Counted from the whole stretch's first letter, positions 10,822 through 23,673 are shown. The stretch: 63,931 bases of DNA, filler included, from Octopus bimaculoides (GCF_001194135.2; 7 parts of 6 records of this genome joined end to end with filler, not necessarily neighbours in it), one strand, 5' to 3'. Numbers and translations are program-made. The notes: generated by a model from the sequence alone, not told the origin.

Positions 10822-13197
10822 GTAGGGAAATTTAGTATGATTATACGTATATATTTTTTTATTTTATACACTGAATGATCGGCTCACGAGAGAGTGAATT
10901 TCAAAAATACATTATATGAAGAGTTATAGGCTTCTCGTTAAATCCCTGGTTATCTTCAAATATATGATATATAATGTAAAGTTAGCTTAAGAATTTCTTT
11001 CACATATTTAATTCCAAATATCGTGTTTTCTTAATCTGACAAAAAATATTTTCGTTTGAATAACATCATAAGGCAATGAAATCCACATATCGCTGTCTGC
11101 CTCGTGAATAATCTGAGGAATATGAATATACATCTAGCTGTATAGTTGCCATACATGTGATGAGTGTTGTGATGCGGTTCTAGCTCATCTTTATGGAGTT
11201 TTCTTCCTTCCCACGCAATGCAGACAGTGTACGTATATAGCGAGTGTAGTGAAGCAAATTCTATTGTTATTACAAAACACTGCTAAGATATTTTAGATAT
11301 GTTTATGGTTTTCATTTCGGCTATATCTCGCAGTTATTCGCTAATAATTATATAAAGTGTTGCTGATTTTACAATATATAATATTTGTCATCATAACGAT
11401 TTTCAGTAACGTAGGAATAATTATTTTCAATACCAGCAGCTGCAGCAGCAGCAGTAACGATAGCATATTTACCAAATTATTCTCAAATGCATACTTTCTC
11501 TATAATACCGCATTTTGTATTTATTCAAAATTTTGAAAGTTTGTGACATCCCTTTTCAAGACAGATCAAGAGTTACGTGCGTATCAAATTATTTTTAGAA
11601 AATACAAACCAAGATATCCAATATATTCAAGAGCGTTATTTAGACAGAAAGATTTTATAAATTGAGTCATTATACACTACGCAAATCTGGGTGTATAACA
11701 CAAACTTTCAACATCGTTGATATTTATTAATCAGATTTATAACTTGAAATTAAAAAGCGATCAGGTAAGGTAACTCCTAGAATAGATGGGTTACATTTAG
11801 AAGAAGACAGTCGAATGATGTCACATAATTTAATGACTTAGTGTATAAACTCAGTAATGGAAAATGCAGGAAGTGATTCTCTTATCTATGCTTAGCGCAA
11901 GAATTGTCAAGAACTTAGTGCGTCTGCCAGTCAAATATTAAAATGATGCTGTTTTTTTCTATAGCATAATACTCTAATTTTTATTCTATTAATTTACCAA
12001 AATCTGATAAAGTTTGACTGGAGTTTTTCTCTTTTTTCGTAATATATTTTCTAGATTAAATGTGACATAAGTAATGAATATGATTTCCAGTGCGTTTTTA
12101 CTTTTTCGATCTTAGGTTTTATCTAGAGTGCACATTCTAGATTTGCCTACGGCACATATTGGGACACTCACAAGCTCCCTCACTGATTGTGATATATACA
12201 CTTAAGTGTATAAATCATAATCAAATAGCCGCGATTATTTTGAATACATTCAGTTGCTTCCAGCCCTATATTTGAGATATTTAGGTCATTTATTTAATAT
12301 TAATACTTACTTTTAAACTATAACGGACACATGTACTTTTTAAAAGACTTTCGATATTTAACACCAGCCTTATGGCTGAGAGTAAGCCCTTCATATATTA
12401 TACCTATTTAATAATATTTCGTACTCTAGTTAGTAATATTTGTAATTCGGTCGGCTGTATTAGCAGCTATAATCATTTCATTTCATTTACAATGAAGGGA
12501 AACAAGTCATTCATATAACCGGAATTGGAGGTTTGTAAGAGAATTATTTAGTACAACACGTTGAACGTCAGATAGTGCAAATTGTGAACAGTGTCTATTG
12601 TTAACATATCCTTCAACAGCTGCATCTCAATTAAATTATTTCTTTATTAAATTAAGCATTTTATCGACAGATCCCTTCTCAACAATTTAATAATAGACAA
12701 TATCCTTATATATAGTTTCTTCGATTTCTACTTATCAGTTATAATTGGATAGCCAGCTTAGCAATACCATTAAAAACCACTTCTTTTCCTTAGGCTTTAA
12801 AATACAATAAAACATAATCGTTGTAAATGTATGAAGATTTGAGGATTCCCTTATCCTGAAGGAAAATCGAAGTTTACAGACTGTTCCATATTTTTATATT
12901 AAATTTTAAATTCCTTCGGGGCCTAATTAAACGATATTCATAAGACAAAAGTCACACGAAGGACACGTAAAATTATGAGAGTGTGGGTTTAAAAAGCAAG
13001 TAAACTGTAGAGGCTCTCTTCCCTCTCTCTTCCTCTCCCTCTGTCTCTTTTTTCTGTATAACTATATCTATCTACCTGTCTTTCTCTCTCTCTCTCTNNN
13101 NNNNNNNNNNNNNNNNNNNNNNNNNNNNNNNNNNNNNNNNNTTAATTAATTAANNNNNNNNNNNNNNNNNNNNNNNNNNNNNNNNNNNNNNNNNNNN

Positions 13198-13237
<40 letters not shown>

Positions 13238-13739
13238 ATGTCTTAAATCCTCTTCCCATAGTTGTGTATGTCGATGTTTGACATACACAACAGAGTAATG
13301 TAGGTTATATCTGTGTGTGTGTCTGTGTGTATGAGTCTGTCTGTATGTGTAGAGTGAGAAGCATATATATATATATAAATAAATACAAAATGGGACAAGA
13401 GCGCAAAACATCCAGACAGTTCGGTGATACAAGAAAGGGACAACAAAACATCCAGACAGACGATAGAAAGAAAACAAGGACGGGTCATTCGGAGTTTTCT
13501 TTCCTCGGTCGAGTTCCAGATTCAGATTATCTTTGCAATTTCGGCTGGTTATACTCGAGATTGCTCCAATCTGGCCAGCACCAAGAAAAAACTTAGCTAA
13601 GAGCATTAGATTCCTTGGAAGAAAGCTGTGAATGTATACGAAAACAAGGACGGAAAAAACGGAGAATGTTACACAAATACAAATAACAGGACATAACAAC
13701 AATATATTTATAATACGTACATGTATAGTCATAGACTTT

Positions 13740-13825
13740 CTTCCTTTCTCCCTCTCTCTCACACTCGCGTTCTCTTTCTCTCTTTCTCTCTTTCTCTCTC
13801 TCTTCCGTTTTCTCTTTCGCTCTCC

Positions 13826-13861
<36 letters not shown>

Positions 13862-14240
13862 TCCGTTTTCTCTTTCTCTCTCTTGCGCGTCTTCTCCTTC
13901 TCTCTCTCTCTCTTTCTTTCTCTCTCTCTTTCTCTCTTTCTTTCTCTCTCTCTCGTGCTCTTTTTCTCTCTCCTTCTCTCTTTCTCTCTCTCTCTCTTTC
14001 CCTCCCTTACTTTCTACCTACACATCTTCCTCTCAACTCTCCTCTCCCCGCTACTCAACAACACCTTTCTTTTTCTCTTCCCCTCTCACTTTCACCATTT
14101 GCTTACACTTTTACTTCCTGTCCTTCACACACCTCCCCTTCAACACTTTCTACCTGCTCCCCTCTCTTTCATTCTCTCCCCCTCTCCGCCTATATCTTTG
14201 CTTTCTATTTTTCATTCCCTTTTCGTTCCCTCCTCCACAA

Positions 14241-14287
<47 letters not shown>

Positions 14288-14321
14288 ATTTCTCCCTCCA
14301 ACATATACAACTCGCTTTCTT

Positions 14322-14390
<69 letters not shown>
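13740..14390 (+). repeat. (CT)n-rich polypyrimidine low-complexity tract
   Basis: Directly visible. Confidence 0.9.
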
Positions 14391-14393
<3 letters not shown>

Positions 14394-14893
14394 GTCCACT
14401 TCCCACAGCTACCACGACTTTCCCAACTGTAATCTAATCAAGTATAATAATTAATTATTGCATAACAAATGTTTCCCCCACACCACCCACATATACCTCC
14501 ACACCCTCTTAAGTACTTATGCATACATGCATACACGCATGCATACGTACATACATACATACATACATACATACATACATACATACATACACACATATCC
14601 CCTGACATATACAGACACACACACACATATTAACACTGCATAAATACACACGTATATACATAAACATAAAAATAACAAACATATACAAATACATATACCC
14701 AAATTCACGTGCAATTTGTACACACGCGCGCGCAAGCTCTCACACACGCACACACACACACACACACACACATCTACGCGCACAAACACGCACTGTCGTA
14801 TACAGATCCAAATATACATACAAACACAGTGACAATTACACACAATAACATCCTGCACATACGAATATATATTCACGTGCATAAACACATGCA

Positions 14894-14926
<33 letters not shown>

Positions 14927-15539
14927 ATACCCACATACACACAAACACATTCATTCATATGCATGCGCACAGATTCATACATACATCTACTCACTCAAAA
15001 ACATGTTCTTACGTATACACACGTATACACACACATGTATACAAGCATACAAAGATTCATACAAATTTCCATGCACGCATGCTCCGATACACTCAAACAC
15101 ATAAGTACTTGCGCTCACACGCACACAACGATGCATCCGCACACATAAATGCGCACGCACACATTAACGCGCACGCACGCACTCAACATCTCTCTCCCCA
15201 CCCACACACCTTCACTCTGCCCTCTATTGACCAATGAAATCTTCATCTCAATAGTTGTCTCTCATTTAGATGACACTTCATAATAATCCAACAGAGAAGT
15301 GAAGAGACTCACTCTTTCCCTCTTTCTCTTCTCTCTCTTTCTCATTCTCGCTCTCTTTCTCCCTCTCTACCTGTGTAGTGGGGGTTTGAGGTTGGGCGAA
15401 AACCTTGTCGAAGGTTGTATTTCTATGGTTACCTATGAGATGGACAAACAATTGATTCCCTCCTCTCTACTAAAGAAGAATAGAGAGAGAAAAACCACTC
15501 CAGAGCCAATACAGTGAATGATTCGACAAGCAGGAAATA

Positions 15540-15640
15540 AGGTAGAGCGAAAGCCAATAACGGCTCAAAAGCTCTGGTCTAAAAGCTTAAACGAAAACAA
15601 GGACTGATTTTAGCTGCGCAGGATCAATTTCTTGCCGCAC
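15540..15640 (+). mobile_element. Dong/R4-like LINE short fragment
   Basis: Encodes KRKQGLILAAQDQFL, matching the ETEG(F/L)I.AAQDQ motif at 29790 and 34915. Confidence 0.6.
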
Positions 15641-15732
15641 ATGCACACGTAAACACACACATACACACATGTATGTATGCATTGCATGTTTGTATGTATA
15701 TATGTTTGTGTGTATGTATGTATTCATGTATG

Positions 15733-15784
<52 letters not shown>

Positions 15785-15844
15785 TACACACATACGTATA
15801 TATAGATGCGTATGTACATATGCATGTGAGTATGTATACACGAG

Positions 15845-15935
15845 AAGGTGCTGGTTTTAAAGGTGTCGTGAAAGGCCTGGTTGGAGGCCCAGCCTTCTGA
15901 GTTCTTTTACAGACTTAGAAAAACCGAAGGATTGC
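15845..15935 (+). mobile_element. Fragment of the same LINE 3' region as 46570-47200
   Basis: gaaaggcctggttggaggcccagccttctgagttctttta matches the reverse complement of 46790-46880. Confidence 0.75.
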
Positions 15936-16107
15936 TTCATTAAGTCTGTCACTCTGCGAGGGGAATATATTGAATAAAATCAAAATTAACTGATCCTCCA
16001 GTATTTTCCTTATCCAAAGTCAAGAACATGTGACCATCCCGTCGTTTGTGTGTGTGAATGTGCGTGTGTGTGTGAATGTGCGCGTGTGTGTTTCTTTGTA
16101 TCTATAT

Positions 16108-16645
16108 TTGTCCTCCACCACCACTTGACAAATGATGTTGGTTTTTTTGGCGCCTCTGTAGGCTAGCGGTTCGGCAAAGAAAAACGATAGAAAAATTCCA
16201 ATCTTTCTAATAAGAAGATAAGTGTCGGGGTTCGATTCGTTGGAACAAAATCTCTTCAAGGTTGTGGTCCAGCATGGGTTTGAAACAAGTAATAGGTAAA
16301 AGATACGAGGTTAAGATAGACACGAAAAGCGGAAGGAAGTTCGCGAGTTTCGCTTTTTTTTGCCAACGTCATCCCTTGTGCGCGTGTGTGTGTCGTGTGT
16401 CGTGTGTGTGTGGTGTGTACCTACGTATGTACGTATCTTTTATCTTTCATTTGTTTTAGTCCTTTGACTGCTGCCATGCAGGAGCACCACCTTGAAGTAG
16501 TTTAGACGAATGAATCGACCCCAGTACTTGTCTCTTTTTTTAAGCCTAGTACTTATTTTATCGACCTCTTTTGCCGAACTGATAAGTTATGGGGTCGTAA
16601 ACATACCAACGCCAGTTGGGGGACAAACACAGACAGAAACACATG
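16108..16645. mobile_element. Inverted pair of SINE bodies (16108-16305 +, 16435-16645 -)
   Basis: Both contain the tagcggttcggcaaaaga...gtactaggctta...ggggtcgatt...ccagcatgg body also seen at 23820, 32660, 46417 and 54355. Confidence 0.75.
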
Positions 16646-16659
16646 CACACGCACATACA

Positions 16660-16695
<36 letters not shown>

Positions 16696-17299
16696 NNNNN
16701 NNNNNNNNNNNNNNNNNNNNNNNNNNNNNNNNNNNNNNNNNNNNNNNNNNNNNNNNNNNNNNNNNNNNNNNNNNNNNNNNNNNNNNNNNNNNNNNNNNNN
16801 NNNNNNNNNNNNNNNNNNNNNNNNNNNNNNNNNNNNNNNNNNNNNNNNNNNNNNNNNNNNNNNNNNNNNNNNNNNNNNNNNNNNNNNNNNNNNNNNNNNN
16901 NNNNNNNNNNNNNNNNNNNNNNNNNNNNNNNNNNNNNNNNNNNNNNNNNNNNNNNNNNNNNNNNNNNNNNNNNNNNNNNNNNNNNNNNNNNNNNNNNNNN
17001 NNNNNNNNNNNNNNNNNNNNNNNNNNNNNNNNNNNNNNNNNNNNNNNNNNNNNNNNNNNNNNNNNNNNNNNNNNNNNNNNNNNNNNNNNNNNNNNNNNNN
17101 NNNNNNNNNNNNNNNNNNNNNNNNNNNNNNNNNNNNNNNNNNNNNNNNNNNNNNNNNNNNNNNNNNNNNNNNNNNNNNNNNNNNNNNNNNNNNNNNNNNN
17201 NNNNNNNNNNNNNNNNNNNNNNNNNNNNNNNNNNNNNNNNNNNNNNNNNNNNNNNNNNNNNNNNNNNNNNNNNNNNNNNNNNNNNNNNNNNNNNNNNNN

Positions 17300-17330
<31 letters not shown>

Positions 17331-17454
17331 CATATATATATATATTTACATGTACACATATATACAGATATATCAAATATCATACTTGTACACGTGTATA
17401 TATACATGTTTGTGTGTGTGTGCGTGTATGTGTGTGTGTGTGTGTGTATGTGTG

Positions 17455-17485
<31 letters not shown>

Positions 17486-18129
17486 AGCTACCAATTCTAC
17501 TGCTGCTGCTGCTGCTGCCTTCAGACCATATCTTACCTAATAAAACCAAGTGAATGAACGAAGCGTCTAAATTGAATTCCGTCGCCCACCGATCTTCTTC
17601 CCGCATCAAGAAGCGATTCAACGGAGGACAATGTGTCTTAAAGTCATGACATATCCTCTACATTACTTCAACTGTTTACTCAGCCAACATTTTAAAAGCA
17701 TTCAAACGAAAATCGAAGCTTAATGGAATTTTTCGACTGTGAAACGGTCGACTGGTGGATGCAGTGGAGAATAACTATTCAAAATTTGTGGCTTTAGATC
17801 AGCTGCTGGCATTGTTGTTGTTGTTATTTGACTGTTTGTTGTTATTTAGCCCTAGGTGTCAACCGTGGTGGAGCAGCAGAGTCTGTGGCATAACGAATAT
17901 AACGAAGTGGTGTGAGAGGTAGGAAGTGTGACGTTTTCTGGACAGTTGCCTTTTAACAATGAGTGAAAATTGTGTCAGCGGGGTCGTTTGCTTGACTGTT
18001 GCCTGATCAGGGGTTCAGGAAATGAACGGTGACTGCTACCAATGCTTAAGAGTGATCGATCTGATATCGCTCCAATGAAACCAGCCCATACTACGATAGA
18101 ACGAATCAGCTGACCTAAGGTAAGTGACG

Positions 18130-18600
18130 TCATAGAATGTTACCATAAGATCAACATCTTAACAAAATATCAGAATTCACACCAACAAAGAGTCTCATTG
18201 AATGGGAAGCTAATGACTTCGAGATGGGTTCGAAACTGAAGACAAGCAGGTTAAGAACAAAATTACAAGGCATCTTTACAGGACAGAAAAAATAAATGCA
18301 TGGCTTGAAGGAAGAATTAAGAGCCCGAACCAGCAGCAGGAAAGGTCTTTTGTCGAAAAAATGAAAGGCAAATACATCAAGGAACCGACGAGTCAATTCC
18401 TAGAACGACTGTACAGAATCTCTCAGAAACAGAAGAGGAGGAAACCAACAAGACTCAGTAGCCCACGGGCCTTTTTAGGTTTTCAGAATATTACTGAATG
18501 AAACAAAATCCCGAAGATTGACCAACCCTAGGGAAGATGTAGAGGGGTTCCTAATGTGGAAACATGTCACCCTCAGAAACCAATCTAGACACCAACCTAA
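18130..18600 (+). mobile_element. Decayed HERO/R2-like non-LTR retrotransposon fragment
   Basis: [28 protein letters not shown] resembles the PF.F...LL...KSG.L...EEVE..L motif upstream of RT in HERO-type elements (recalled). Confidence 0.5.
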
Positions 18601-18663
<63 letters not shown>

Positions 18664-18984
18664 TATACACACACACACACATCATATTTATATATCTACA
18701 TATATATATTCATGATTTCACTTCAGTTCTAATAGATACATATATATGTTTACACATATACCCGAACATGTGTGTGTTTGAGTGTGTGTGTATGTGTGTT
18801 TGTGTGTGTGTATGTGTGTGTGTATGCGTGCGCGTACATATGTATATATATATATAAATATATATATACACAAGCATACAGATATAGATATACAGTGAGA
18901 GAAAGAGAGAGAGTGCATGTGCGTGCGTCTGTGTGCGTGTGTGCGTTCATGCGTACGTGCGTTCATGCGTGCGTGCGTTCATGC

Positions 18985-19017
<33 letters not shown>

Positions 19018-19235
19018 ATGAACTTCCCCAAAGTTTGCCTTCAGCATAGAGAGTATATAGTCAAGGCTAACCCATTTGATGTGCTGAGGCCAAAATATAT
19101 TTTAATCAACTGAAATCATTACCTTAATGACGAGAAAATTCATTAACGTTACAGAAAATTAATATCAAACGGGGCCATTTGGGGTGGGGAGTTCGTTTCT
19201 TTTCCCCTTTTAACATTAATTTTCANNNNNNNNNN

Positions 19236-19269
<34 letters not shown>

Positions 19270-19424
19270 GAATATATATGTTTCTATGTATGCTTGCACA
19301 CACACATACACACACTCACATATATGTATATATATATGTATGTACCTGTATATATATATTGCAAATATAAGCATATATTTATAAATATATATGCATAAAA
19401 TACATAAATATGCATACATGCATA

Positions 19425-19431
19425 GATAGAG

Positions 19432-19524
<93 letters not shown>

Positions 19525-19530
19525 GATAGG

Positions 19531-19601
<71 letters not shown>

Positions 19602-19602
19602 C

Positions 19603-19658
<56 letters not shown>

Positions 19659-19675
19659 CAGATAGACAGATAGAT
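19425..19675 (+). repeat. (GATA)n microsatellite
   Basis: Directly visible. Confidence 0.95.
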
Positions 19676-20584
19676 AGGCTAGTCTTCTTTACTAATCCCT
19701 CATCCACTCTCTCAGTGATGGTAGTTTCCTTCCACAAATTTTTGTTCCCTCTTTTTATAATTACACTCTTCTTGTCCTCATTGGTCATCAGCTTTAATGC
19801 CACGTTACATTTTTTTTTTTAAACAAAATCTTGTACAAAAGTTTCAGCAAATTTGTCCCGTTACAGATTCCGTCAAAGTAAAATAGCAACTCGGTGCCAC
19901 CACAAAATGATGGACCACAATTGAATATAAGAGAGAAAATCCTAGCAGGTTAATGCCAACAGTACTTTGGTTAAAATTACGGAGCTCTAAGTAAAGAAAT
20001 AGTTTTGAGTAACGACGTGGACTTGGAAATTATGGTTCTCTGAGACATTTGAAAAATCTGAAAACGTTAACAAATTTAAATCTGAAATTTCGAAACATAA
20101 AAGAAATCAAATCTTGTTTTATGTATCCCACTAATTCCAAATGAAACGTATCTTTATGTTAAAAAATTACTATTTGTAAATCTCACAACGAGATATATTC
20201 AGCAACAGTACTTTGGAGTAAAGATTATTTGCCAACATAACATGGCAGTCCTTGTTTAGGACGAATGTTGCTGTAATTTAGCCCCAGGCGACATTGTCTC
20301 CAGCTGGCTATACGACACGATCTGTGTCCTTATATTTCGAACAAGGGAATCTAGCACCCCTACTTTCGCGGTCTTCTTCTTCCCCCCAAATTGTTCGGAC
20401 GCAATTATAAACAATAGCAGCAGCAGCAGTATCAACCACAACAGCAACCACAACAGCAACAAAAGCAACAAAAGCAACAACAATGGCATATTAAGCGAAG
20501 AACCTCGAAAATTAATCTACAGCAGCAGCAGCATCATTATTATATCATGAATAAGATCGAACCTGAGGCAAACCAAAATAATAA

Positions 20585-20631
20585 TGATATGACTGTCCCA
20601 ATCGATATAAACGTATCTGTCAAGACCTACC
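20585..20631 (+). mobile_element. Dong/R4-like LINE fragment running into a gap
   Basis: DMTVPIDINVSVKTY, near-identical to IDMTIPIDINVSVKTY at 29430-29480 (-). Confidence 0.7.
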
Positions 20632-21426
20632 NNNNNNNNNNNNNNNNNNNNNNNNNNNNNNNNNNNNNNNNNNNNNNNNNNNNNNNNNNNNNNNNNNNNN
20701 NNNNNNNNNNNNNNNNNNNNNNNNNNNNNNNNNNNNNNNNNNNNNNNNNNNNNNNNNNNNNNNNNNNNNNNNNNNNNNNNNNNNNNNNNNNNNNNNNNNN
20801 NNNNNNNNNNNNNNNNNNNNNNNNNNNNNNNNNNNNNNNNNNNNNNNNNNNNNNNNNNNNNNNNNNNNNNNNNNNNNNNNNNNNNNNNNNNNNNNNNNNN
20901 NNNNNNNNNNNNNNNNNNNNNNNNNNNNNNNNNNNNNNNNNNNNNNNNNNNNNNNNNNNNNNNNNNNNNNNNNCTATCAAATATATCATTAATTTCTAAT
21001 ACAACTGTTAATGGTTAACTTATAAGCTCATTAAGAATGTATATTATTCAGATTAGATTAAAACTATTTAGATATATCTACAGATCATTAAGGTATGTCA
21101 TTTAATGTTATAAAACAGTGTATTTATAAGCAAATACAAGCGGCCAGCTGATACAATTGTTAGCATGCCGGACTAATTATTTGACGGCATTTCTTCCGGC
21201 ATTTCTTCCGCCGAGATTAACCTTACTTTCCCTCCTTTCGAGGTGGATAAAATGTTTCTGTTGAGCACTGGTATCGAGGTTATCGACTGCCTGGTCCCCA
21301 CAAAATTGCTGGCCTTGTGCCAAAATTAGAAACAATATTCATAAGCAAATACTTAGTCTGTAACATATGTATAAATACACACACATACGCACACACATAT
21401 GTATATATAAGCAAGAATATTTATTG

Positions 21427-21471
21427 ACAGTGACTTCGAAGTTTCGGTTACCTGAGCCATCATCGGACTAC
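21427..21471 (-). ncRNA. Minimal type-I hammerhead ribozyme motif (U4>C)
   Basis: Minus strand: gtagt-CCGATGA-t-ggctcaggtaacc-GAAA-cttcgaag-TC^actgt; stem III ACTTCGAAGT is a perfect palindrome. Confidence 0.72.
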
Positions 21472-21752
21472 ACTACAAAAGCTAAGAGTAATCCTATCAC
21501 ATTAAAGAACACTTGATTTTATTATAACTGAAACATAAAAAAAGAAACATTAATATATATATATATGCATATACAAACACACACATATATATATATATAT
21601 GCATATGTATATGTATGTATTTACATATACATACATACATATATNNNNNNNNNNNNNNNNNNNNNNNNNNNNNNNNNNNNNNNNNNNNNNNNNNNNNNNN
21701 NNNNNNNNNNNNNNNNNNNNNNNNNNNNNNNNNNNNNNNNNNNNNNNNNNNN

Positions 21753-21816
21753 CTAAGGACTCACTAGGCTCGACGTTGCTTAACTTCGGTGATCGGACGA
21801 GAATCGGTGCTCTCAG

Positions 21817-21822
<6 letters not shown>
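21753..21822 (-). pseudogene. 5S rRNA fragment (pseudogene or 5S-derived SINE head)
   Basis: Minus strand atcacgctgagagcaccgattctcgtccgatcaccgaagttaagcaacgtcgagcctagtgagtccttag resembles metazoan 5S rRNA positions ~13-82, including box A; 5' end replaced by (TA)n, 3' end in a gap. Confidence 0.88.
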
Positions 21823-21855
<33 letters not shown>

Positions 21856-21974
21856 CAATAAATTAGAGATTCAATTGACAATCCAATAATTCATTTATAT
21901 TATGATATAACATAGATTTATATCCATAATTCGATTTATAAACAATTAAATCCACATATATAAGTCTTCATCAG

Positions 21975-22225
21975 GTATCTTGGCGTAGTGGTTAAGAGTG
22001 CGGGCTATTAACCCCAAGATTCCGAGTTCGATTTCAAGCAGTGACCTGAATAATAATAATAATAATAATAACATCGTAAAATACCGTAGGAATGAGAACC
22101 CAGGTTCGAAATTTCCCCAAGACACCTGATGAAGGCTGAAGGGTATATCAGCCGAAACGTTGTGTTAACAACAAACAAGATGAGGACAAATATCCGTCAA
22201 AGGTAAATAATGTAAATAATGTAAA
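21975..22225 (+). mobile_element. tRNA-headed SINE-like element carrying a hammerhead ribozyme
   Basis: A box TGGCGTAGTGG (21981-21991), B box GAGTTCGATTTC (22024-22035), (AAT)n spacer, hammerhead at 22121-22166, tail (gtaaataat)2. Confidence 0.8.
22121..22166 (+). ncRNA. Minimal type-I (dimer-type) hammerhead ribozyme with intact core
   Basis: gacac-CTGATGA-a-ggctga/agggtata/tcagcc-GAAA-CG-TT^gtgtt; stem I gacac/gtgtt, 6-bp stem II, loop-less palindromic stem III AACGTT. Confidence 0.85.
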
Positions 22226-22463
22226 AAAATCTTCTCTATTTTTTTCGTTTATCGGAGGGAGAATTCCGTAATAAATATGAAGATAAACTTAGAGCTACAG
22301 TAACAACAACCTATAGTACCCCGTAAATATAGAGCTAGGCTACAATAATGGGTATGAAAATATTACAAGTTTTTCAGAAGTAACCAGATCTGAAGTGACT
22401 TAAATAAAGATTATTCACAGTAACTAACAAGTAAATTTCCCTATATTTGTATATTCATTCCAT

Positions 22464-22507
<44 letters not shown>

Positions 22508-22830
22508 ACGAAAGAAAGATTGATTGATCGATAGACAGTGAGACATACATACACATACATATTCATAAATATGTACCTATGTAAGCATTTGTATAAATAG
22601 ATAAGCTAGAATTAGAAATCGAGAACGTAATTTCAAACGAAAAGGCCGTTCTAAGTGGAACATACGGCCATATGTCACGAATAAATTTAGTTGAATCATA
22701 GATCTATATATATATGAATAAGCTTTAAATGTGTAAACATTGCGGACATATTGGATTGGTGTGTATTAAAGGTTTGGCTGTAGATAAAAGAATTAAATAA
22801 ATAGATAATGTAAAAAGAAACATCGCTGTT

Positions 22831-22912
22831 GAAGAAGAAGAAGAAGAAGAAGAAGAAGAAGAAGAAGAAGAAGAAGAAGAAGAAGAAGAAGAAGAAGAAG
22901 AAGAAGAAGAAG

Positions 22913-22949
<37 letters not shown>

Positions 22950-22972
22950 GCAGCAGCAGCAGCAGCAGCAGC
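22831..22972 (+). repeat. Compound (GAA)n(CAA)n(CAG)n microsatellite
   Basis: Directly visible; source of the spurious polyK/N/S ORFs. Confidence 0.95.
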
Positions 22973-23119
22973 GACAACGACAACTGTGACGGCAACGAGA
23001 AAGCATTGGCAACGACGACGATGACTATGGTGGTGGTGGTGGTGGTGGTGGTGATGAAGAGCTTAGAGCTTAAAGTCACGACTTAAACAGATTAAAGCTG
23101 ATCCACTCAATGGCTGAGC

Positions 23120-23190
23120 CGTCGTCTCAGCAATTATTGACTCAGCGTTCAGCGGGGGAAAAGTGTGAAGTAATTTTATAAAAGGGAACA
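23120..23190 (+). promoter_or_regulatory. Candidate promoter: ARE/AP-1-like TGACTCAGC (23138-23146) and TATAAAAG (23177-23184)
   Basis: Motif matches in a short unique island between microsatellites; no transcript evidence. Confidence 0.3.
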
Positions 23191-23475
23191 CTTGATTAGC
23201 TGTGTGTGGTGAGAACACTGTTCATGGTCGATGGTTAAGTATTGGCGCTGGTAGTGAGTGGTGGCGGTGGTAGTGGTGCGGTGCGGTGTTTAATATGGCT
23301 TTGGTACTGCTGGTAATTGATGTAGAGGTGGTGGCGGTGGTGGCGGTGGTGGTGCTGTTGCTGCTGCTAGGACTGGTTTCGGTAGTGACGGCGGTGGTGG
23401 TGGTGTTGCTGTGATGGTGGTGATACTTGAGGTCGTGGTTATAGTCATGGTGGTGGTATTTGTGTTGTTTTATGG

Positions 23476-23519
<44 letters not shown>

Positions 23520-23673
23520 AGCTATGGTGGTGGTGGTGGTGATGGTTGTCGTCATCGTCGTCGTCAACGTGATNNNNNNNNNNNNNNNNNNNNNNNNNNN
23601 NNNNNNNNNNNNNNNNNTTAATTAATTAANNNNNNNNNNNNNNNNNNNNNNNNNNNNNNNNNNNNNNNNNNNN

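Noticed and set aside
13142-13153. TTAATTAATTAA islands inside N runs (also 23618, 35850, 53453, 59588, 62174)
   Set aside because: An identical 12-mer flanked by Ns each time, with stops in all frames: an assembly spacer, not biology.
17520-17660. Strong minus-strand donor (ttag|gtaaga) with a short open frame
   Set aside because: No good acceptor, partner exon or homology.
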